A DNA stretch of 64,000 nt from Fibrobacterales bacterium (GCA_051532035.1 JAOPTW010000006.1:128001-192000), one strand, 5' to 3'; shown: positions 48,367 to 59,294, counted from the first letter of the stretch. Numbers and translations: made by a program. Notes: generated by a model not told the origin, from the sequence alone.

Positions 48367-48911
48367 CACTTACGCTTATAAGGCATACTTCAGTTGCAAC
48401 ACCTAAAGGAATATGTTATGGGATGACCGATGTCGCTCTCCACGACACATTTTCTTCAGAGGCCGATACTCTTAAAAAAAAACTGGGCACCACAAGCTTT
48501 GAGACAATTATATGCAGCCCACTCACTCGGTGCACTACCCTCGCACACACTCTCTTTCCCGAATCACCTATAACTACTGATACACGTATTGCAGAAATGC
48601 ACTTTGGTGACTGGGAGATGGAAACATGGGATTCCATATACAACTCAAGTGATGGGAAAAAATGGTTCAAAGATTATATCACTCTCCCCTGCCCCAATGG
48701 TGAGTCATTCTCTCTGCTTATGATACGAGCAGCTGCATGTATCGCATCATTACCCCAGCATTCATCAATTGCCGTCATCACCCATGCTGGGGTTATCCGT
48801 GCACTTCTTGCAACCTATACCTCTCTTACTCCCACAGAAACATTTGATCAGTCTATTGAATATGGAGAGATCATCACTCTTGAAATTCCCTCGTCAACGG
48901 AGACTCTATGA
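48363..48911 (+). CDS. cobC: Alpha-ribazole phosphatase (histidine phosphatase family)
   Basis: LIRH, SPL.RC, E.HFGDWE, PNGES, THAGVIR; within the cob operon. Confidence 0.88.
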   Translation: MTLTLIRHTSVATPKGICYGMTDVALHDTFSSEADTLKKKLGTTSFETIICSPLTRCTTLAHTLFPESPITTDTRIAEMHFGDWEMETWDSIYNSSDGKKWFKDYITLPCPNGESFSLLMIRAAACIASLPQHSSIAVITHAGVIRALLATYTSLTPTETFDQSIEYGEIITLEIPSSTETL

Positions 48912-50386
48912 ACTCAACAATTTTGAAACCAATAATGTTTGTCGGAACCGGATCAGACGTAGGAAAGAGTGTTATCAATGCTGCCTTTTGTAGAATATTT
49001 AAACAAGATGGACACACGCCTGCACCATTTAAAGCGCAAAACATGTCACTCAACAGCTATGCAACACCAGAGGGACATGAAATTGGGCGCGCACAAGCCA
49101 TGCAGGCAGAAGCTGCAGGAATCCCCTGTTCTGTCTCGATGAATCCTGTACTTCTTAAACCCAATTCCAATATGGAAGCTCAAATAGTACTCAATGGTAA
49201 ACCATGGGCTAACAAAACAGCTCTTGATTATTTTAATGGTACCGACAGAGATTTTCTCTTCGCAGAAGCAATGAAAGGTTTCGATGACCTCGCCTCACGA
49301 TTCTCTCCTGTTGTAGTGGAAGGAGCAGGAAGCATCTCAGAAGTAAACCTTCGCGATAGAGATATTACCAATATGCGTGTTGCCGTAGAACGAAATGCAG
49401 ATGTCTACCTTATTGCCGATATTGATAAAGGAGGCGTTTTTGGCTCTGTTTATGGCACACTCGAACTTTTGCCAGCCAATGAACGTGCCCTCATAAAGGG
49501 AATCATTATCAATAAATTTAGAGGGGATAGTGCGCTCTTTGAAGATGGTCGCATTCAACTTGAAGAACTCACTGGTCTCCCTGTCGTCGGTGTTATTCCC
49601 TACTTTAGAGATATTATCCTCGACGATGAAGACTCGGTGATTCTTGACCTCAAAAGTGGCCAAACCCCTCAAGTCAAACAACTTTCCATAGTTATTGTAC
49701 TCTTAAAGCAGATGTCGAATTTTACCGATTTTGCCGCACTTGAACGCATTGATTCTATTTCAGTACAATATAGTGCAAATCCACAAACAATAGGCGATGC
49801 AGATATTATCATTATTCCTGGATCTAAAAATTCTATCAGTGACCTTAACCACCTAAGAGAGTCAGGACTTGCCACGGCAATACTCAATGCATATGATGCA
49901 GGAAAGTCTATCTATGGTATTTGTGGTGGATTTCAGATGATGGGTCAGTCAATCCACGACCCCTATGGCATGGAAGGGACTACTACAACTATGCCCGGCC
50001 TCGGAATTATTCCAGTAACAACAACCCTCACCAGAGAGAAAACCACAGAACAATGCACCTTTACTTTTAAAGGCTATTCGACTCCCTGTACCGGATATGA
50101 AATCCATATGGGTGAAAGCACATCTGAATCTCCGTCACCACTTTGTACTATTAATACTGTGTCCGAAGGTTACTATCTGAGTGATCGAGTCTGGGGAAGT
50201 TATATTCATGGTATTTTTGATAACCATGATATCGTCTCCTCAATCTTAAAAAGTGCCGGCTATACAGAAGACATAGAACCTTTTGATATCACCACATTTA
50301 AAGAGACACAATACAATAAACTTGCTGATGTTGTGAGAGAACATTGTGATCTTGAATATATGTACACCCAACTCTCTAAGAACTAA
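48908..50386 (+). CDS. cobQ: Cobyric acid synthase
   Basis: GTGSDVGKS, PFKAQNMSLNS, EGAGS, SNFTDF, GICGGFQM, GYEIHMG, YIHGIF. Confidence 0.96.
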   Translation: MNSTILKPIMFVGTGSDVGKSVINAAFCRIFKQDGHTPAPFKAQNMSLNSYATPEGHEIGRAQAMQAEAAGIPCSVSMNPVLLKPNSNMEAQIVLNGKPWANKTALDYFNGTDRDFLFAEAMKGFDDLASRFSPVVVEGAGSISEVNLRDRDITNMRVAVERNADVYLIADIDKGGVFGSVYGTLELLPANERALIKGIIINKFRGDSALFEDGRIQLEELTGLPVVGVIPYFRDIILDDEDSVILDLKSGQTPQVKQLSIVIVLLKQMSNFTDFAALERIDSISVQYSANPQTIGDADIIIIPGSKNSISDLNHLRESGLATAILNAYDAGKSIYGICGGFQMMGQSIHDPYGMEGTTTTMPGLGIIPVTTTLTREKTTEQCTFTFKGYSTPCTGYEIHMGESTSESPSPLCTINTVSEGYYLSDRVWGSYIHGIFDNHDIVSSILKSAGYTEDIEPFDITTFKETQYNKLADVVREHCDLEYMYTQLSKN

Positions 50387-50482
50387 TAGTTACTTTGAAA
50401 CTTCTAAGAAGACACACTATTAGACATTCATTTTTAACCCACTATTTCTATCTTTGTACTATGTATATTAGGAGAATGTAGT

Positions 50483-51004
50483 ATGGAAAAGAAAGGCCTC
50501 CTTCTCATCAACACCGGAGAAGGAAAAGGGAAATCGACTGCTGGATTTGGCACGGTAATACGCAGTCTTGGACTGGGTAAAAAATGTGCAGTAGTACAGT
50601 TTATTAAAAGCCCAAAATCAACCTGTGAATCCACTTTTTTTGAATCAGTTCCTAATATTGCCTTTCATTCAATGGGAAAGGGATTTACTTGGAATAGTAA
50701 AGACCTTGAAATAGATAAGCAAGCAGCCAAAGAGGCTCTTGATCAAGCAATCGTCTACCTTAATGATCCTGAATATTGGACGGTAATGTTGGATGAAATT
50801 ACCTATGCGGTCAATTACAATTTTATTGAACTTCAAACGGTGCTTGATGTACTTGAAAATCGCACCCCAGAAACGAATGTCATCCTTACTGGCCGAGATT
50901 GCCCACAAGGCCTCATAGACATAGCTGATTGTATTTCTGAAATGAAAAAAATCAAACACCAATTTGACGACAAGATACCTGCTCGTAAAGGAATTGACTT
51001 TTAA
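50483..51004 (+). CDS. cobO: Cob(I)yrinic acid a,c-diamide adenosyltransferase (CobO/BtuR)
   Basis: TGEGKGKSTAGFG, VQFIK, LDEI, LTGR, KH.F.....ARKGIDF. Confidence 0.93.
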   Translation: MEKKGLLLINTGEGKGKSTAGFGTVIRSLGLGKKCAVVQFIKSPKSTCESTFFESVPNIAFHSMGKGFTWNSKDLEIDKQAAKEALDQAIVYLNDPEYWTVMLDEITYAVNYNFIELQTVLDVLENRTPETNVILTGRDCPQGLIDIADCISEMKKIKHQFDDKIPARKGIDF

Positions 51005-51921
51005 TGAAGCACATTTTTTTCATACTGCTTCTCATCATAACGACAAATAATAGTGGTGCAGAAACGATCTATCCATTTTCAATTATCATTAATAGTGAAA
51101 AAATAACGGTATCCAAAGAACCTCAACGTATTATTTCGATGGCGCCCAATATGACTGAGACACTTTTTGCTCTCGGTGCAGGGTCAAAAGTTGTTGGTCG
51201 TTCATTCTATTGTGACTATCCTGCCGCCGTAAAGAACCTCCCCAACATTGGTCATCTGTACGCCCCTAATCTAGAAAAAATACTAACACTTAAACCGGAC
51301 CTTATTATTGCCGCAACTCACTATTCAGAACGATCACTTACCGTACTGAGACAAGCGGGTATTCCAGTTATCTCTCAACCAACACCAATCTCAATTTCAG
51401 AAATTTATTCTTATATAGATCGAGTAGGGTCTATAATTAATCACACCACTCAAGCACACACTCTCGTGACTGACCTTAAAAATAAAATGGATTCCATTAC
51501 TCGACTCACCGATACCCTCACTCATAAACCATCAGTTTATTATGCGGTTGGTGCAGGTCGTGGAGGAGAATATACCCCTGGTGGAGATACCTATTTATCA
51601 GACCTCATCTCATTATGTGGTGGTAGAAATATTGCACAAAAACTTACAGGCTGGCGCTATAATATTGAAAATCTCCTCATAAATGATCCACAAATAATTA
51701 TTGGGGACTCATTGACCTACAAAACAATGACTAATCAGTCAAATTACCAGAATCTTACGGCAATAAAATCTAAAAATTATATAATTATTGAAAAAGAACT
51801 CTTCACACGTATGGGCCCTCGTCTCATACAAAATGGTGCTGATACTCTTTTAAAAATATTTCATCCAACGGTGTATAAAGATTCCAGATATGGTCAGTCA
51901 ATCAAAACAGTTTCACACTAA
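51004..51921 (+). CDS. btuF: Corrinoid ABC transporter periplasmic binding protein (BtuF-like)
   Basis: PQRIISMAPNMTETLFALG, VGRS.YCDYP, NLEKIL.LKPDL; cob context. Confidence 0.85.
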   Translation: MKHIFFILLLIITTNNSGAETIYPFSIIINSEKITVSKEPQRIISMAPNMTETLFALGAGSKVVGRSFYCDYPAAVKNLPNIGHLYAPNLEKILTLKPDLIIAATHYSERSLTVLRQAGIPVISQPTPISISEIYSYIDRVGSIINHTTQAHTLVTDLKNKMDSITRLTDTLTHKPSVYYAVGAGRGGEYTPGGDTYLSDLISLCGGRNIAQKLTGWRYNIENLLINDPQIIIGDSLTYKTMTNQSNYQNLTAIKSKNYIIIEKELFTRMGPRLIQNGADTLLKIFHPTVYKDSRYGQSIKTVSH

Positions 51922-52939
51922 GAGTCTTGTATCACTGATTCTTCTGTACATTTTTTTAATTCCATTTCTGACTACTTTTGGGTCGGTTGATATAAGCTTT
52001 GGCAATGTCATTACGGTCATTACCCATAAACTTGGCCTTACCTTTCAATCATTTGATTACTCGATTATCGGAACAGTAAAAGAACAAATCATAATCGACA
52101 TACGCCTACCCCGAGTAATTCTCGCAGGTATTGTTGGCATGATACTCGCCCTCGTTGGCGCTTCGTTTCAAGCAGTGTTTAAAAACCCTCTCGCCGACCC
52201 CTTTGTAATGGGAACATCTTCGGGCGCAGCCCTTGGGATCACTCTCGGTATTTTGTTTGGCATGAGCAGTGAACTTCTGGGTATTAGCATCACCACCATC
52301 TTTGCTTTTATCTGCGCCATACTCACCACCCTCCTTGTCTATCAACTTGCAAAAGTGGGAGAGAAAGTTTCAACAACCTCAATCCTCTTAGCAGGTATTG
52401 TTACCAGTTCTATTATCACCTCACTCATCTCACTCATTATGATTTTTAAACAGGATCAGATATCAAATATCATTTTAATGACTATGGGAAGTTTCAATAG
52501 TGCAACATGGAATCAGGTCATTATTATCGGCCCTCTTTTTATTATAGCATCAAGTATACTCCTTTTTAAAGCACAGGAGATGAATGCTCTCGTTATGGGA
52601 GATATGGATGCACATAGTATTGGGGTAAATGCCAATAAAAATAAAATTATTATTCTCATATCTTCTGCGCTACTCGTTGCACTTGCTGTTTCTGCTAGCG
52701 GTATTATCGGTTTTGTCGGAATTATTATCCCCCACTTACTTCGCCTACTCTTTGGTCCCAACCATAGAACACTCCTGCCCCTCTCTGCCATTAGTGGTGC
52801 AATCTTTTTACTTGTGTGCGACTCATTTTCACGCACCTTTCTCGAAAACACCGAAATCCCTATTGGGATCATTACCGCCCTTTGTGGTGGTCCATTCTTT
52901 CTTATGTTGTTAAAACGCCACAAAAACAGACTCATTTAG
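51890..52939 (+). CDS. btuC: FecCD/BtuC-family ABC permease
   Basis: IRLPRV, NPLADP..MG.SSGA, GIIGFVGIIIPH, EIPIGIITA..GGPFF. Confidence 0.88.
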   Translation: MVSQSKQFHTKSLVSLILLYIFLIPFLTTFGSVDISFGNVITVITHKLGLTFQSFDYSIIGTVKEQIIIDIRLPRVILAGIVGMILALVGASFQAVFKNPLADPFVMGTSSGAALGITLGILFGMSSELLGISITTIFAFICAILTTLLVYQLAKVGEKVSTTSILLAGIVTSSIITSLISLIMIFKQDQISNIILMTMGSFNSATWNQVIIIGPLFIIASSILLFKAQEMNALVMGDMDAHSIGVNANKNKIIILISSALLVALAVSASGIIGFVGIIIPHLLRLLFGPNHRTLLPLSAISGAIFLLVCDSFSRTFLENTEIPIGIITALCGGPFFLMLLKRHKNRLI

Positions 52940-52946
52940 AGGTACT

Positions 52947-53720
52947 ATGTCTTCACTATTAAAAGCAAAAAGCCTCAATTTTAATTATGTAACTTCACAT
53001 ATATTAAAGAACATACACCTTGATATTGAACCCGGCACCTTTACCTCGATACTCGGCCCCAATGGCTCTGGCAAAACAACGCTTCTTAAAAATTTGTGCG
53101 GTATATTAAAACCTCAATATGGTGAGATTACTCTACACGAAAAACCTATTGAGCTCTATTCAACAGTAGAACTCGCCCAAAACATGGCAGTTATCCATCA
53201 ATCATCTGATGTCCATTTTGATTTCTCAATTTATGATATTGTTATGATGGGTCGGTACTCCCATATGAATTTTTTGCAAAGCGCAACAGATCTTGATTAT
53301 CATATTGTGCAAACTGCAATGCTTGAAACCGATACCTGGAACATTAAAGACAAGTCGATTTATGAAATTTCTGGGGGAGAAAAGCAACGGGTTATCATTG
53401 CACGCTCACTCGCGCAACAATCGGGTATTTTACTGTTAGATGAACCTATTAATCACCTTGATCTCAAACACCAAATCTCGATTCTTTCACTCATTAAAAC
53501 TCTCTCTAAAGAGAAAAACCTTGCAGTACTTACGACGCTCCACGACATAAATATGGCAGCGCGATTTAGTGATTCTATTGTTTTATTAAATAATGGCAAG
53601 GTTGTTACCAAAGGATCCCCTCAACGTGTTCTTACGAAAGAGCACATTGAAAGAATATATGATATTGAGGTTACCATCTCTGAAGATCAAAATGGTAACC
53701 CCTATATTATACCCAATTAG
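52947..53720 (+). CDS. btuD: ABC ATPase (BtuD/FecE-like)
   Basis: GPNGSGKT, ISGGEKQR, LLLDEP, LHD. Confidence 0.88.
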   Translation: MSSLLKAKSLNFNYVTSHILKNIHLDIEPGTFTSILGPNGSGKTTLLKNLCGILKPQYGEITLHEKPIELYSTVELAQNMAVIHQSSDVHFDFSIYDIVMMGRYSHMNFLQSATDLDYHIVQTAMLETDTWNIKDKSIYEISGGEKQRVIIARSLAQQSGILLLDEPINHLDLKHQISILSLIKTLSKEKNLAVLTTLHDINMAARFSDSIVLLNNGKVVTKGSPQRVLTKEHIERIYDIEVTISEDQNGNPYIIPN

Positions 53721-53726
53721 TGTGAT

Positions 53727-54827
53727 TTACTCAGGAAATACTACTGTAATAGCATTTGGCGAAGGAATTGTTGTGCCAACGGGCCCTGCAAGCAGTGTGT
53801 CTGCTTCATAAACAAGCAACCCAGATGCTGTAGATTTTTGTTCTCCAAAAAGTAACACATCAGTCTCTGAGTGATAATATACCCCTCCACCTATTTCTGT
53901 TTCAGCACCATACGTTTTAACTATTGACTGTGTAGTGAGGTCAAACAATTTCACACTGGTCAAAGGCCATCCACCGCTAATAGTAATAAAAAGCTGTGTT
54001 GCATTTTTTTGGATAAGTGCTGAACCTGAGTTTGAAGGATCACCACCCAACGCTTCATTATTCATGAGAATCGTCGACACTTGAGTTGTTAGATCGATAT
54101 GCTCAAGTCCACCTTCTCCTAAACCATATTTCCCTGAAGATGCAACATAGAGATCATTACCATCAATAACAATATTCGCTGGATTTTTAAGTTGTGGAGT
54201 AATTGTATTTACAATTGTATTTGTATTGATATCAATCACAACAATTTTAGATGTATCAGGTGTCCAATTTGCATCAAACCTTTGCATACTCACGTACAAT
54301 AGATTCCCCACCAAATTAAGGTCAGCAGCATTTGGTGTTGTCAATCCAGGTACTGCATATGCACTCAAATCAATTGAGTCAATAGCAATGCCCGTTGTAA
54401 GGTCCATTTCTACAACATATGGTAATCCATAATAGACCACATACCCCTTAGTATCATTAGCAAAAACAATTTCATACGGGTTGCCATTAACCGCTAAACT
54501 GTTTTGATATGTTACTTCATCGGTTATCGTATTGTATCTTGTAATATTCCCCACTTCACGCTCAAGGATATATACATCAGTACCATAAGTGAATATTCTA
54601 GAATCCTGGTCTATATCAAGTATTGATTCAGACAATGCAAAAGTCGAATCAAGAGACACTGCCCTTAATTGTCCACCTTCTCCATATTCCCCCACGACCA
54701 TATACGCAACACCTGATTCTCTATTTATATGGGCAAGGTCAATACCATCATCATCAGATTCTGTATTAAAAAGACAGGCGTTTAACACTACAAGAAGTGT
54801 TAGTAATAATAGGTGTAATAATTTCAT
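53727..54827 (-). CDS. Beta-propeller lipoprotein, BtuG/YncE-like putative corrinoid-binding protein
   Basis: Lipobox LNA-C; repeated blade motifs (NP.EI.F....KGYV, LYVS, VIDINTNTIV); co-transcribed with btuB under the B12 riboswitch. Confidence 0.75.
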   Translation of the reverse strand: MKLLHLLLLTLLVVLNACLFNTESDDDGIDLAHINRESGVAYMVVGEYGEGGQLRAVSLDSTFALSESILDIDQDSRIFTYGTDVYILEREVGNITRYNTITDEVTYQNSLAVNGNPYEIVFANDTKGYVVYYGLPYVVEMDLTTGIAIDSIDLSAYAVPGLTTPNAADLNLVGNLLYVSMQRFDANWTPDTSKIVVIDINTNTIVNTITPQLKNPANIVIDGNDLYVASSGKYGLGEGGLEHIDLTTQVSTILMNNEALGGDPSNSGSALIQKNATQLFITISGGWPLTSVKLFDLTTQSIVKTYGAETEIGGGVYYHSETDVLLFGEQKSTASGLLVYEADTLLAGPVGTTIPSPNAITVVFPE

Positions 54828-54835
54828 TTTTTCCT

Positions 54836-56830
54836 CTATTTATTAATGGTAATGTGAATTTTAAGATTTTGCCCTGGAGACGGGTATGCATCGTGAGCAC
54901 TCTCATTAGCACTATATGAAGATGCGATATCATATATTCCCGCAGTGAGCATTGAATTTTTTGATACTTTCATTTTAAGAAATACATCATGTTGAGACGC
55001 AGGCTTACTTTGCCTAGTATTACTCAAGTCACGATACATGCTTGATTGATATGCATATCCATATCCTACTGTTAAATTATGCACTGTGTACTCTACAGTA
55101 TTATCTAAAGTGAAAAATGGAACGTAGGGTAAGAGTTTATTTCTTGAAGAAGGTTTATTCGTCAAATTTTCAGAACCCTGAATAGTCAATGCACTTTTAT
55201 TAAAAAGCCTTTTAAATAGTAATGTCGTCAGCATCATTTCTATTCCATTTACATACACCTTATCTTCATTAACATACTTCATTATGCCACCAGAATATTT
55301 ACGCCCCACCCAATCACGAACTTCTTTTGAAAAATATACGACCTCAGCCTGAATATTTTTACGCTCAAACCTAACCCCCGCCTCCCATTCAAAACTTTTT
55401 TCCGGCTTAAGCGTATCATTTGCACGAATGCCATTGTTAGTTCCATAACGCTCTTCAATCGAAGCGATTCGATAATTCGAACCCCCAATAGTAAACAATA
55501 CCACATCCCCGATACTCTCTGAATGTATTGAATAATGCAAACCAGCACTATAACCCATATTCCAATAATTATCATGATTAAGTAGTTCACGCTTATCCCA
55601 GATGCTACTTACCAAAAGTCTACTATGTACTGTAACTGATTCTACAGGATAATAACTTATCTCAGTACTACTTTTTACTGACTGCCTTCTCGCTTCAAAT
55701 GATTGATCAATCGTACTACCCGACACATATTGCGGCACTAGGTTTTCATTTGAATACAACGCTTTTGTATAAAGCAACCACTGTTCATTTGGCATAATTC
55801 GCCATGAAATAAATGGAACAAAAGAAAAATTAAGTCGTTCTGCCTCTGTATCCTGATTAACATACCTAGGATAATCATCATGAAAAATAGAATGCTTTAC
55901 CTGCATGAGATTACTTTCTATTCCAGCCATCAACTCAGGGTACCACGCACTATACCAACGTTTTTTATAATGCGCTAACACGCTCCCCTTCAAGGAACGA
56001 ATTGTTGATTTATTTGTAACCGTATACTCTTTACCAGCAAGACCTTTCGAATTATAGTCCCCTTGTATTTTAAAAACAATTGAACCACCGAGAACTTTAC
56101 CTGTGACAATTTCTGCTCCACTAATTGCAGTATAGTCATCATTCATCCGTTGCATTACTGAATCATCGCCAGGGTTATAAATATTACCCTTCCTATTTAA
56201 AAACTTAAAGTCATTATCACTATGTATCACACTTACCATACTTTGAGAAGTAAGTTTTTGACTAAGCTTCGCCGTATAACTTATAGTATTGTGAAATGTT
56301 TGAAAACTCCCCAGAGACATATCGACACGAGTACTCTCTTTTTGGTTTTTCTTAGAAATTAAATTGATCACCCCTCCAACAGAGCTCACGCCGAACTTCG
56401 CAGGTATGAAACTTTTATATATTTCAATACGTTCATACAGTGAAAGATCAATTTTCCCTAAATCAACTGCCCCCCCTGCAGCGCTATTTATTGGCACATC
56501 ATCAATACATACCATAACTCGAGAACCACTTTGGCCTCGAATGGTCACACTTTGAAAAGAACCAATGCCCCCAAATTGTCTCGTTTGAACAGCAGTCTGT
56601 TTTGCTAAAATATCTGCAAGACTATTTTCTTTACCCAACCACTCAGACTCTTTAATAATTACCGTCGATTGATTTTTGTAAAGGGTTGAGGCTGTAGGGA
56701 GTTTTTCAGATACTATGATGGTATCACTCGGCAGAGCAAAACCGCTTGTGCAAAGAGAAAAAAACAGTATCACCACATAAATATATGTGTTCCACAAAAA
56801 AGAGTTGGAGTGCCAAACGTAAAAAGCCAT
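54836..56830 (-). CDS. btuB: TonB-dependent receptor, probable cobalamin transporter
   Basis: Plug motifs ADIL...V....GG.G....TIRG, IDDVPIN, ERIEIYK, GGVINLISK; N..LKPEKS; directly downstream of the cobalamin riboswitch. Confidence 0.85.
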   Translation of the reverse strand: MAFYVWHSNSFLWNTYIYVVILFFSLCTSGFALPSDTIIVSEKLPTASTLYKNQSTVIIKESEWLGKENSLADILAKQTAVQTRQFGGIGSFQSVTIRGQSGSRVMVCIDDVPINSAAGGAVDLGKIDLSLYERIEIYKSFIPAKFGVSSVGGVINLISKKNQKESTRVDMSLGSFQTFHNTISYTAKLSQKLTSQSMVSVIHSDNDFKFLNRKGNIYNPGDDSVMQRMNDDYTAISGAEIVTGKVLGGSIVFKIQGDYNSKGLAGKEYTVTNKSTIRSLKGSVLAHYKKRWYSAWYPELMAGIESNLMQVKHSIFHDDYPRYVNQDTEAERLNFSFVPFISWRIMPNEQWLLYTKALYSNENLVPQYVSGSTIDQSFEARRQSVKSSTEISYYPVESVTVHSRLLVSSIWDKRELLNHDNYWNMGYSAGLHYSIHSESIGDVVLFTIGGSNYRIASIEERYGTNNGIRANDTLKPEKSFEWEAGVRFERKNIQAEVVYFSKEVRDWVGRKYSGGIMKYVNEDKVYVNGIEMMLTTLLFKRLFNKSALTIQGSENLTNKPSSRNKLLPYVPFFTLDNTVEYTVHNLTVGYGYAYQSSMYRDLSNTRQSKPASQHDVFLKMKVSKNSMLTAGIYDIASSYSANESAHDAYPSPGQNLKIHITINK

Positions 56831-56869
56831 ATCTCGTACTTTGACCCGAAGATCGAGATTAAAGGGTTG

Positions 56870-57032
56870 TATATGGCAGGTCTTCTGACTTAAGCTTCAT
56901 CCTACTACCGATGCCTTCCCACACTATAGGTGTAGTGGCGTAATGATTTTCGGTTTCGTCTGCTTTTACAGCGGCGGGACCGTTTGCGAGTTTCACGCAA
57001 TTCCCTGTTAGGCCCTTCCGGGCACCATAATT
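56870..57032 (-). promoter_or_regulatory. Cobalamin (AdoCbl) riboswitch
   Basis: On - strand GGTGCCC...TAACAGGGAA...GTGAAACTC...ACGGTCCCGCCGCTGTAA...GCCACT...GGGAAGGC...AAGTCAGAAGACCTGCC (B12 box), upstream of btuB. Confidence 0.96.
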
Positions 57033-57132
57033 TCAGAGCAATGGTAGCTATATTGGCCAGCAATGTAAAGTGGCCCTCGGGAAATTAGATCTAAAAAGGT
57101 ATATTTACAGCACCACCCATTAAGGAGATGAG

Positions 57133-57996
57133 ATGACCTTTTTTGACTCGTTGGAACAGCGTATTACTACTGTAGGCAACCCTATTTGTATGGGCATGGA
57201 CCCTGTACTCAGTAAAATCCCTTTCGAAGGGAGCTCCCCCGAAGAGACCATTAAAACATTCTACATGACCCTTCTTGAGGCTATGGATGCTGAAAACATC
57301 TATCCTGCTGCCGTAAAACCCAATAGTGCCTATTACGAAGCTATCTCAGTTTCTGCTATGCAGGTACTGTACGACCTCATTGAAGCATATTCTGAGCGGG
57401 GAATTCACATCTGTTTAGATGCAAAACGTGGTGATATTGGCAAATCATCTGCAGCCTACGCAAAAGCCGCTTTTGACGTCTATAAAGCCGATTCTGTTAC
57501 AGTATCACCCTATATGGGCGAAGACTCAGTAAAGCCTTTCTCGGAGTATGCAGAAGGGAAAGGGGTATACATGCTCCTCAGGACATCAAACAAAGGTGCA
57601 CAAGACATCCAGGATATTCTCACCACAGATGAGACACAGCTCTTTTATTCAGTAGGTAAAAAGCTCCTTAATTGGAATGAAAATGATGCCCTGGGTGCAG
57701 TTGTAGGTGCTACAAATACCCAAGAGATGGAAAACATCACCCGCTTTTTTGTTGAGGCTGGAAAAGAGATCCCTTTTCTTATTCCTGGTATCTCAGTGAG
57801 TGGAGTCCCTGGTCAACAAGGTGGCGATATTCAAAGTACCCTTACTGCACTTAAAAATGGGGGCAGCACTCGTAATTTCCACCTACTCAACAGCTCAAGT
57901 GGACTCAATTATGCCTACCAGGCATTCACAGGCCTCTCCTATGAGCAAGCATTTATTAAGGCACTTCAGCAACTTGTTGCCGATTGTACGCCTTAA
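57133..57996 (+). CDS. pyrF: Orotidine-5'-phosphate decarboxylase
   Basis: CMGMDP, KPN.AYYE, LDAKRGDIG, TVSPYMG, RTSN, GAVVGAT. Confidence 0.95.
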   Translation: MTFFDSLEQRITTVGNPICMGMDPVLSKIPFEGSSPEETIKTFYMTLLEAMDAENIYPAAVKPNSAYYEAISVSAMQVLYDLIEAYSERGIHICLDAKRGDIGKSSAAYAKAAFDVYKADSVTVSPYMGEDSVKPFSEYAEGKGVYMLLRTSNKGAQDIQDILTTDETQLFYSVGKKLLNWNENDALGAVVGATNTQEMENITRFFVEAGKEIPFLIPGISVSGVPGQQGGDIQSTLTALKNGGSTRNFHLLNSSSGLNYAYQAFTGLSYEQAFIKALQQLVADCTP

Positions 57997-58064
57997 AACA
58001 AGAATGTATGGCCTTTTTAGAATAATATGATATAATAAAACAAATTATTCTTGGGTCTTTTCGT

Positions 58065-59294
58065 ATGGGCGACAAGCCAACCATTCTCTATGTTGATGAT
58101 GAACTAGAAAATATCACCGTTTTTAAAGCGACCTTTAAGCGGCATTATAAGGTTATATCTGCGCTTTCAGGTAATGAAGGCCTTAATAAACTTAAAGAGA
58201 ATGACGTTCAACTTATAATATCTGATCAAAAAATGCCCGAAATGACTGGTGTTGAGTTTTTTCAGACCACCTTACAAGACAACCCCGACACCCCACGTAT
58301 TTTACTTACCGGCTATACCGATATTGAGTCTCTCATTGATGCCATTAATAAAGGGTACATTTTTCAGTATGTGTCCAAACCCTGGAAGTTTGAAGACCTC
58401 AAAATGATTATCGATAGAGGGCTCGAACAAAATGCATTAAAAAAAGAGAACAAGTCACTTATCGAACGATTAAGCCAACACAATGAAGAACTCGAGCAAC
58501 TCGTTGAAGATCGTGTGAGTGATCTTCGGGCATCATACCAAGAGTTAATAATTGCAAAAGAAATAGCAGATGAATCGAATCAGGCCAAAAGCCTTTTCCT
58601 TGCAAATATGTCTCATGAGCTTCGCACGCCGCTCAGTGCCATTCTAGGATACAGCGAACTCATAACTGAAGACCTTGAAGATTCTGAAGATGAGATTGCT
58701 GAGACTATTATTCCTGACTTAGAAAAAATCCACCTTTCTGCAGAGCACCTTTTAACCATTATTAATGAGATACTCGACTTTTCAAAAATTGAATCAGGAA
58801 AAATGGAAGTCAATATTGCTGAAATTGAAATAAAAAGAACGATACATGACATAATTAATAATGTACAGCCTCTTGTGGATAAAAACAGTAATACTCTCGT
58901 TATTGAACTTCCCGATGCAGAGATGACACTCATTTCTGATTACCAAAAAGTAAAGCAAAGCATTATCAACCTTTTAAGCAATGCTGCAAAATTCACCAAA
59001 GAGGGAACAATTACTCTCAGTGTTTCCCTCATAGATCCAGGCATGCTCCGTATCAGTGTGACCGATACTGGTATTGGCATAAATGCCGACACCATCGAAT
59101 CAATCTTTACCCCTTTTACCCAAGCAAATGCAAACATTTCAACACTATACGGTGGCACAGGGCTCGGCCTCAGCCTTACACGTAAAATAGCAGAACTACT
59201 GGGAGGCTCACTCACTGTTGAAAGTGTTGAGAACGAAGGGTCTACTTTTCACTTCACCATTCCTCAACATGGTGTTATTCCTGCATCTCATTAG
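58065..59294 (+). CDS. Hybrid REC + histidine kinase (soluble)
   Basis: ILYVDDE, SDQKMP, KPW; FLANMSHELRTPL; NAAKFT; DTGIG; GGTGLGL. Confidence 0.93.
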   Translation: MGDKPTILYVDDELENITVFKATFKRHYKVISALSGNEGLNKLKENDVQLIISDQKMPEMTGVEFFQTTLQDNPDTPRILLTGYTDIESLIDAINKGYIFQYVSKPWKFEDLKMIIDRGLEQNALKKENKSLIERLSQHNEELEQLVEDRVSDLRASYQELIIAKEIADESNQAKSLFLANMSHELRTPLSAILGYSELITEDLEDSEDEIAETIIPDLEKIHLSAEHLLTIINEILDFSKIESGKMEVNIAEIEIKRTIHDIINNVQPLVDKNSNTLVIELPDAEMTLISDYQKVKQSIINLLSNAAKFTKEGTITLSVSLIDPGMLRISVTDTGIGINADTIESIFTPFTQANANISTLYGGTGLGLSLTRKIAELLGGSLTVESVENEGSTFHFTIPQHGVIPASH

